Part shown: positions 25,993-32,000 of the stretch, one piece after another
Layout of the letters: every line of letters starts with the position of its first letter
Position numbering within the stretch: position 1 is the first letter of the stretch
Source: Candidatus Hadarchaeales archaeon
Lineage (GTDB): Archaea > Hadarchaeota > Hadarchaeia > Hadarchaeales > Hadarchaeaceae
DNA length: 32,000 nt
NCBI GenBank assembly: GCA_038823825.1
Contig: JAWBCC010000001.1
Span: 390,001 to 422,000, forward strand
Direction of reading: 5' to 3'
Translations under genes and position numbers: made by a program
Notes under the pieces: model-generated
Databases searched by the model: none
Told to the model about the DNA's origin: nothing
Seen by the model: only the letters and a program-made list of their open reading frames with translations

Positions 25993-26846
25993 CGTTTTCC
26001 CTCCAGATATTCCTGCACAGCTCTTTTCATATCTTCGACTGGAGCGTCTTTTCCTGTCCATATCTTGAACGCTATGGCAGCCTGATTGATCAACATGCCT
26101 AAACCGTTTACAGTTCTAGCTCCGACCTTTTCCGCCTCTTTTAGTAGTCTCGTTTTGAGTGGCTTGTAGACGATGTCATACACAACTAAATTCTTGTGCA
26201 TAAGATCTGAAGTTACCAGCGTTTCGTCGACATTCGGCATCATCCCAACAGAAGTCGTGTTTACAAGTATGTCTGCCCGGGAAATTTCTTCTCTAAGCTT
26301 TTCCCGATCAAGGGAAATGACTCCCACAGATTTCCCGAGTTTTTTACTTATGATCTCGGCCAGAGCTTCAGCCTTTGAAAGCGTCCTGTTCGCAATAGTA
26401 AGCTCACAACCCGCCTTCGCCAGCGAGAAAGCCACGGCTCTGGCGGCGCCTCCAGCTCCGAGAAGCAAGACCCTTTTTCCATTAACTGATCCGATTTCCT
26501 TTTCAAGAGCCATGAGCGCTCCACGCCCATCGGTGTTGTATCCGATCAGCTTACCATCCTCATTAACAACTGTGTTCACGGCTTCGACCTCCTTAGCGGA
26601 TTCGTTAAGAGAATCGAGCAACTCGATTATTGCCACTTTATGTGGTATGGTAACATTGAAACCGCGGATCCCCGCCCGTCTAATCGTGAAAACAAATTCT
26701 GAGAGGATTGAAGGAGGAACACGTACAGCTGCATAAATCGCGTTCATTCCTAATCTTCGGAATGCCGTATTAAAGATTAGAGGAGAAAGAGTACCTTCTA
26801 CGGGATCCCCTATCAGCATGAAGAGTTCCGGTTGCCTTTTTCTCAA
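25989..26846 (-). CDS. aroE: Shikimate dehydrogenase; TTG start at 26846 overlapping the aroD stop (TTGA)
   Basis: FMLIGDPVEGTLSPLIFNTAF, GFNVTIPHK, LIGYNTDGRGALMAL, VLLLGAGGAARAVAFSLAKAG. Confidence 0.93.
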   Translation of the reverse strand: MRKRQPELFMLIGDPVEGTLSPLIFNTAFRRLGMNAIYAAVRVPPSILSEFVFTIRRAGIRGFNVTIPHKVAIIELLDSLNESAKEVEAVNTVVNEDGKLIGYNTDGRGALMALEKEIGSVNGKRVLLLGAGGAARAVAFSLAKAGCELTIANRTLSKAEALAEIISKKLGKSVGVISLDREKLREEISRADILVNTTSVGMMPNVDETLVTSDLMHKNLVVYDIVYKPLKTRLLKEAEKVGARTVNGLGMLINQAAIAFKIWTGKDAPVEDMKRAVQEYLEGKR

Positions 26847-27574
26847 TCTTTGACCTCCCACTCTGGGATTTCCTTCAAAAATGAGATTACCGTTTCGAGA
26901 TCCGGCTGACCGGGAGCCGCCGAAGGTCCTGCCGCCGCATAGATCACGGGGTTGTTTATTACTAAACTGAGATACCGGGTGATCAACCCCTCTTTACCCA
27001 TTCCAAAAGTTATTACAGGTTTTGATAAATTTTTGATCGTCTCAACAGCAAAGTTCATCAGATTCTCCACATCTTTCCAAGATCTGCACATTGTCACGAT
27101 CTTTACAACGTCTGCTCCAGCCTGCTCCATCTTCGTAGCAATCTTCAGAAGACTTTCTGGCTTAGGGGTTCCGCGAAAATCGTGGTGGGAGATTATTATA
27201 CCAGTCCCCCGCGATTTAGCACTTTCAACAACCTTTTGAACGAGTTTCCGAGAAGTAGAAAATTCGATATCTACGCATGCACCAATTCTTTCAATTCCCT
27301 GTAGAAGCCATGCAACTCTTTCTTGCTCGTCGCCGCCAAATCTCCCACCCTCCTTTTTGCTCCTGTTTGTTAGAATGACTGGAGCGTTGATTTTCCCAAG
27401 TTCATCCCAGTCGGGTGCAAGTTTGAACGCGTCAAGCCTGATCTCAACCAAGTTTGCTCCTCTCGCTATGGCAGAATCCGCAAGCGATTTAGCCTCCACT
27501 GAACTCTGCGCAACGACTGAAGCACAAACCGCTGGAGTTTTTATCTTCCATTTCCCTAAGGTGATCTCACCCAT
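26843..27574 (-). CDS. aroD: 3-dehydroquinate dehydratase type I
   Basis: ANLVEIRLDAF, VILTNRSKKEGG, IISHHDFRGTP, VKIVTM, ITFGMGKEGLITRYL. Confidence 0.94.
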   Translation of the reverse strand: MGEITLGKWKIKTPAVCASVVAQSSVEAKSLADSAIARGANLVEIRLDAFKLAPDWDELGKINAPVILTNRSKKEGGRFGGDEQERVAWLLQGIERIGACVDIEFSTSRKLVQKVVESAKSRGTGIIISHHDFRGTPKPESLLKIATKMEQAGADVVKIVTMCRSWKDVENLMNFAVETIKNLSKPVITFGMGKEGLITRYLSLVINNPVIYAAAGPSAAPGQPDLETVISFLKEIPEWEVKD

Positions 27575-27580
27575 ACATAA

Positions 27581-28687
27581 TCACTTCTCGACAACTGTTT
27601 CCTCTACCTTCATCCCAAAATGCCTTCCCCCCTCTTCCACGTAGACGAGCACCTCATCGCCTGGCTTCAGTCTGGTCACTGGTAGCGGCTCTCCTCCAGC
27701 TCCCACCAAATTTATCGTTTCAGCAAGCTGAAGTAGGACCTTATAAACTTTTCCGCCTGCCTCCGCCTCAACAAGTACGAGCGGGCGCCTCTCGATTTTG
27801 ACTCTTCCTACAACAGCTGGACGGAAGTTTCCAGAATGGTCAACTATCAAAACTTCATCACCGGCCTTCAATTCAGTCATGTACTTCGTTTTTCCACCTG
27901 GAATCATTAAATAAGAATGGACTGCTCCGGCGTTCACTCTGAAGGGTCTCTGCTCGACGAACTCGCTCGGCAACGTCTCGGAGTGGACTAGGAAGAGACC
28001 ATTCGACTGACTTCCAACGAGCATGCCCTCTCCCTTGCTCATGAACGATGTTGTGTCAATGCACGCCCTGTCACCGAGACCAGCCGGTTGTACTCTGAAA
28101 ACCTTTGCTCTGCTGAGAGCCAGCTTTCCCTTGGTCAAAGCATCCAATGCCCTACATGTCTTTTCTATTTCCTCTGGACCCAAGTCAAGCGGGTCTAAAA
28201 CTACACCGTCGACACCGATTTCTAAAATCTGCGCAGCAATCGTTGCTTTCTCTGCAGACTTCACTTCAGCAAGCAACTTCGCTCCAGTCTTTTGCAAAGC
28301 AGCTATTATATTCTCAAGCGGGATTATCTCCCAAGACTTCGCCGTGACGAGAATAAAATCGGCAAGACCTGCAAGCCTAATCGCGACTTGTTCGGATTTT
28401 TTATCAAAAACTTCGACCAACACGGCAGTTCTGCGCCCTGCAGATTTCAAATTGCTCAGCTCTTTCTCTGTGGTCTCCAAATCCTTAAACTTTACGAGGA
28501 CTACTCCTACGCCCGGACGATCTTCTTGTGAGACGATAAGAGCCGAACCAAAACAAAGAGCCGATGAGACCTCGCTTCCTTTGACAATTATAGCATCAGC
28601 ACCGCACTCTACTGCTTTCTTCACAAATTCTGCCTTTTCTTCCCATGGCAAATCCCAGTCTGCCTTCACCCAGAGTAGTTTCCGCAA
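27581..28687 (-). CDS. 3-dehydroquinate synthase II (archaeal AroB')
   Basis: MRKLLWVKADWDLPWEEKAEFVKKAVECGAD..., DTTSFMSKGEGMLVGSQSNGLFLVHSET, RPFRVNAGAVHSYLMIPGGKTKYMTELKAGDEVLIVDH. Confidence 0.95.
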   Translation of the reverse strand: MRKLLWVKADWDLPWEEKAEFVKKAVECGADAIIVKGSEVSSALCFGSALIVSQEDRPGVGVVLVKFKDLETTEKELSNLKSAGRRTAVLVEVFDKKSEQVAIRLAGLADFILVTAKSWEIIPLENIIAALQKTGAKLLAEVKSAEKATIAAQILEIGVDGVVLDPLDLGPEEIEKTCRALDALTKGKLALSRAKVFRVQPAGLGDRACIDTTSFMSKGEGMLVGSQSNGLFLVHSETLPSEFVEQRPFRVNAGAVHSYLMIPGGKTKYMTELKAGDEVLIVDHSGNFRPAVVGRVKIERRPLVLVEAEAGGKVYKVLLQLAETINLVGAGGEPLPVTRLKPGDEVLVYVEEGGRHFGMKVEETVVEK

Positions 28688-28700
28688 GTTCAGTTCACCT

Positions 28701-29495
28701 TTAGAGCTCTTTGAGAGCCTCTTCGACCGTTGCTCCCTCGTGAACTATTTTCGCCAGTGCTCTTGTCATAGCTGTAGGATCTCTGTGTTGGAAGATGTTT
28801 CTCCCGATAGAGATTCCGATAGCTCCGGCTTCCATCGCTTCGTATGCCATTTGAAGCACCTCTTTGTCTGAGCCCATCTTCGGACCTCCTGCTATTACGA
28901 TTGGAACCGGGCAACCGCGCACAACTTTTCGGAAGGACTCAACGCTTCCCGTGTAAACCGTCTTAACTATGTCGGCTCCGAGTTCTGCCCCAACTCTCGC
29001 AGCGTGAGCGACGAGCTCCGGATCATGCTGATTCTGAACCTTTGGACCGCGAGCGTACATCATTGCAAAAAGAGGCATTCCCCACTCGGAACATTTCTCT
29101 GCGACCATTCCGAGCATCTGCAACTGTTCCGGTTCGTTCGGTGCGCCAACATTCACGTGAACGGAAACACCGTCCGCTCCGAGTTTTATCGCTTCCTCGA
29201 CACTTGCCACTTGAACCTTCCAGTTCGGATCCGGACCAAGCGATGTACCTCCGGATAGGTGAATTATCAACCCGATGTCTTTTCCCCTACCTCGATGCCC
29301 GGCTCTGACTATTCCCTTGTGAAGAACAACCGCGTTTGCCCCACCATCCGCAACCTTATCGATTATCGTCGTCATCTCCTCCAAACCGGTTATGGGGCCC
29401 ATTGAAAGTCCATGGTCCATCGGAACTATCACTGTTTTCCTTGTTTTCCTGTCGATTATTCTCTCGAGCCGTATTCTCTTCCCGATTTCCGTCAG
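28701..29495 (-). CDS. 2-amino-3,7-dideoxy-D-threo-hept-6-ulosonate synthase (ADH synthase); candidate CTG start at 29495, ORF-track TTG start at 29552 doubtful
   Basis: (M)[34 protein letters not shown]..., [56 protein letters not shown]. Confidence 0.92.
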   Translation of the reverse strand: MTEIGKRIRLERIIDRKTRKTVIVPMDHGLSMGPITGLEEMTTIIDKVADGGANAVVLHKGIVRAGHRGRGKDIGLIIHLSGGTSLGPDPNWKVQVASVEEAIKLGADGVSVHVNVGAPNEPEQLQMLGMVAEKCSEWGMPLFAMMYARGPKVQNQHDPELVAHAARVGAELGADIVKTVYTGSVESFRKVVRGCPVPIVIAGGPKMGSDKEVLQMAYEAMEAGAIGISIGRNIFQHRDPTAMTRALAKIVHEGATVEEALKEL

Positions 29496-29527
29496 AGTCT
29501 CACCTCCTAAATTTCCGTATCGAAACG

Positions 29528-29534
29528 TATATAA
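29528..29534. promoter_or_regulatory. TATA-like element in divergent ADH synthase / EPSP synthase region
   Basis: TATATAA on plus, TTATATA on minus; ~33 nt from the candidate CTG start of ADH synthase. Confidence 0.5.
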
Positions 29535-29606
29535 GCGTAATAATCCGGGCAACTATTCGAGCAACAGTCTAATTAGAGTAAAAATGCTTAATTGAAATTG
29601 ACGAAA

Positions 29607-30887
29607 ATGAGCAGACTCATTGTCTATCCCTCGCATATCTTTGGAACTATTACGGCGCCGCCCTCAAAGTCATACACGCACAGGGCGTTCATTCTTGCAA
29701 TGCTTGCGAAGGGAAAAAGCAAGATAGAAAATCCGCTCATAAGCTTGGATACACTCGCCACGATTGAGGGTATAAAAACTCTCGGGGCAAAAGTCGAAAG
29801 AACAAACGATGTCTGGATAGTTGAAGGAACTGGTGGTAAAATTTCTCCGAAGAAAGATGTAATCGATGCACGGAATTCTGGAACGACCATGCGTCTACTC
29901 AGTGCAGTGGCTGCTCTTTCGCCAAAACGTTTGAAGATCACCGGCGATGAATCGCTTCTAAGAAGGCCGATGGGTCCACTCATAGAGGCGCTGAGAACTC
30001 TTGGAGCCGATGCTAGATGCGAGGGAGAAAAAGGAAGACCTCCCGTCATCGTCGGTGGCGGTCTACGTGCGGGCAGCGTCGGTCTGCCGGGGAACGTCAG
30101 TTCTCAATTTATCTCGGCGCTTCTTATCGCGGCCACACAGCTTCAGGGAGAAACAGAGATCGAAATAGAAGGAGAACTCGTTTCTAGGCCTTATGTAGAG
30201 ATAACACTGGAGCTCTTGAAGCTTGCCGGATCTGACGTAAAACATTCGCCTGATTTCCGAAAGTTTAGGATAAGGGGCGGACCGCTTAAACCGCTGAACA
30301 TAAAAATACCCGGAGATTTCTCCTCATCCTCATTTCCGCTTGTGGCAGGGGCAATAACGCGATCTAAAGTGAGAATTGAAAATTTGGACTTCGAAGGACC
30401 GCAAGGCGACAAGAGAATCGTCGACTTTTTGCGAGACTTCGGAGCAGAATTGCGTGTAGGAAGAAACTACGTCGAGATTTTTGGAGAATCTCTGGAAGGA
30501 ACCGAACTCGACTGCAAAGATAATCCGGATCTAGTGCCACCGCTAGCTGTCGCCGGAAGCGTAGCTGAGGGGAAAACCGAGATAGTGAATGTTCCACATC
30601 TTAGGGCGAAGGAGAGCGACAGGTTGCACGTTTTGGCCATCGGGCTGGAGAAATTTGGGGTAAAAATTAAGGAATTGCCGGACGGTCTGAGGATCTGGGG
30701 AGTTGAAAAACTCAGGGGCACACACGTGAGTTCCTTCATGGATCACAGAATGGCGATGGCATTTGCGGTGGCCGGGCTGGTGGCTGAAGGAGAAACAGTG
30801 GTCGAGGGTGCAGAAAGCATACCAGTGTCTTATCCAAACTTCGTTGAAGATATGAAGAAACTTGGGGCAAAAATGGAGCTCGTGTAG
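29607..30887 (+). CDS. aroA: 3-phosphoshikimate 1-carboxyvinyltransferase (EPSP synthase)
   Basis: PPSKSYTHRAFILAMLAKGKS, DARNSGTTMRLLSAVAAL, SSQFISALLIAA, DHRMAMAFAVAGLVAEG. Confidence 0.97.
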   Translation: MSRLIVYPSHIFGTITAPPSKSYTHRAFILAMLAKGKSKIENPLISLDTLATIEGIKTLGAKVERTNDVWIVEGTGGKISPKKDVIDARNSGTTMRLLSAVAALSPKRLKITGDESLLRRPMGPLIEALRTLGADARCEGEKGRPPVIVGGGLRAGSVGLPGNVSSQFISALLIAATQLQGETEIEIEGELVSRPYVEITLELLKLAGSDVKHSPDFRKFRIRGGPLKPLNIKIPGDFSSSSFPLVAGAITRSKVRIENLDFEGPQGDKRIVDFLRDFGAELRVGRNYVEIFGESLEGTELDCKDNPDLVPPLAVAGSVAEGKTEIVNVPHLRAKESDRLHVLAIGLEKFGVKIKELPDGLRIWGVEKLRGTHVSSFMDHRMAMAFAVAGLVAEGETVVEGAESIPVSYPNFVEDMKKLGAKMELV

Positions 30888-30958
30888 ATTCTTGGCGCAT
30901 TCCGAACCAATATGTCAAACTTTTAAAGGGAATTTCTACAAAAAGAAGGAGGTGAGAA

Positions 30959-32000
30959 ATGGAAAATCGTTTGACTTATATTTTTATCATCTTCACTATC
31001 TTTTTTGTACAGCAGGTAGTCTGCGAAGAAAAATCAAGCGGAACGATTGAGGCAAGCTTTAGTTTTATGGAAAATCTCCCGATAAATCTCTCAAAACTTG
31101 TATCTTTTCGTCTCCCATCGAATGGAATAGAGATTCTTGTGAAAGATGTTGAAACCGATGAGCCGATCGAAAACGCTGGCATTGTGGGGACCATCGCCTC
31201 GCATAATAAGACCTTTTTAGAATTGCACACGAGGCAAAATGGAAAAGCATTTATCAAAATTTCTGGAAGAGAAAATCACGCCCTAGATATCGTTGTAAGT
31301 GCCCTCGGTTATGCTCAAACTTCTTGGAAAGGGCAGGTCTCGCCTGAAAACAGAAGACTCGTTGTTTACATGTTCTACGATCCGTTCAAAGCATGGATGA
31401 GGAACAATTCATTGAGCTTTTCAAGAAATTACAACTCTCAGGAAAACAGGCTCGGCTGGTATTTTGATTATCGCTGGGAGTATGTAAAAGACGTAGAGGC
31501 GTGGCAGGCACCTTCATATGAAAACAAATCTGGATGGAAACTCGAAAGCTATTGGGCAGCTGATGTCTATCACTGGGAAATCGTTGGATATCAGGATGCC
31601 CAGCAATATACTTGGGTGAAAACTGCGAGTGGCGTCGAGTATGATGCATCTTTCGGCGAATATTACGGGTACAACGTGGGAAACGAGTTTTACCCCCCTG
31701 AGTCTGATGGATCGTACAAGTATAAAATAACGAGTAAAAGAATCGATACGATCGGTTATGATACTAGACAAATCTCTCCAATCCTTCCAAGTAGATATGA
31801 GTACTTTTATCCTCCTTGGACCGGTGGAAATGATAAAAATCTGAGCAAGGTTCCGGTAAAAATAACGGTTAGAGCGGATATCAACAAAGAGGGAGACCCA
31901 GAAGACTGTTTCTCTCTTAAGCTCAATTTGTATATGAAAGCAGTAGAGAACGGGAACGAACCGACGACATTTGAAGGGCAACAAACCTTTACAATTTCCG
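30959..32000 (+). CDS. Predicted secreted protein of unknown function, partial (continues beyond right edge)
   Basis: Strong SD AGGAGGTG 4 nt before ATG 30959; signal peptide MENRLTYIFIIFTIFFVQQVVC; open for 347 codons to the window end; carboxypeptidase-regulatory-like segment VKDVETDEPIENAGIVGTI...NGKAFIKISG. Absent from ORF track. Confidence 0.85.
   Translation, partial: MENRLTYIFIIFTIFFVQQVVCEEKSSGTIEASFSFMENLPINLSKLVSFRLPSNGIEILVKDVETDEPIENAGIVGTIASHNKTFLELHTRQNGKAFIKISGRENHALDIVVSALGYAQTSWKGQVSPENRRLVVYMFYDPFKAWMRNNSLSFSRNYNSQENRLGWYFDYRWEYVKDVEAWQAPSYENKSGWKLESYWAADVYHWEIVGYQDAQQYTWVKTASGVEYDASFGEYYGYNVGNEFYPPESDGSYKYKITSKRIDTIGYDTRQISPILPSRYEYFYPPWTGGNDKNLSKVPVKITVRADINKEGDPEDCFSLKLNLYMKAVENGNEPTTFEGQQTFTIS

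Noticed and set aside
25993-26061. N-terminal extension of the TyrA ORF (MDRKRRSSRRYEKSCAGISGGKT)
   Set aside because: It lies inside aroE; the Rossmann start MKVAVIG coincides with an ATGA overlap with the aroE stop.
1-32000. CRISPR arrays, transposases, integrases, toxin-antitoxin or defence modules
   Set aside because: No regularly spaced direct repeats, no inverted-repeat-bounded transposase ORFs and no recognisable nuclease/defence proteins were seen; repeats present are protein-domain repeats within 14627-20494.

Overview
This 32 kb window is from an archaeal chromosome and is gene-dense, mostly with core metabolism. Recognisable content: an N-terminally complete secreted kelch-like protein running off the left edge; tRNA-Arg(CCG), tRNA-Ala(CGC) and tRNA-Thr(TGT), all with encoded CCA; a membrane-anchored Lon-type protease domain without an ATPase; a YjjX/DUF84 NTPase; SfsA; ThiC; an orphan TrpB2-type tryptophan synthase beta chain; a LysE-like exporter; coenzyme F420 genes (cofC divergent from cofG-cofH) followed by two overlapping radical-SAM genes (AmmeMemoRadiSam-type, then a SPASM-like putative peptide modifier); a DUF438/hemerythrin/PAS protein; an MscL-like channel; a ~1960-aa GLUG/Ig-like repeat surface protein; GTP cyclohydrolase III; triosephosphate isomerase; and an operon-like run for early aromatic amino acid synthesis (ADH synthase, DHQ synthase II, aroD, aroE, tyrA, pheA) continuing into nadE, a HemK-like methyltransferase and a tiny gene absent from the ORF track that I read as ribosomal protein eL41. 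EPSP synthase is divergent from that run, and a secreted protein of unknown function runs off the right edge. The most notable observations are the untracked eL41 gene, two genes whose conserved N-termini begin at a CTG placed exactly 5 nt after GGAGGTG, the putative peptide-modifying radical SAM gene, and the giant repeat protein. I found no CRISPR array, transposon, prophage or defence island.
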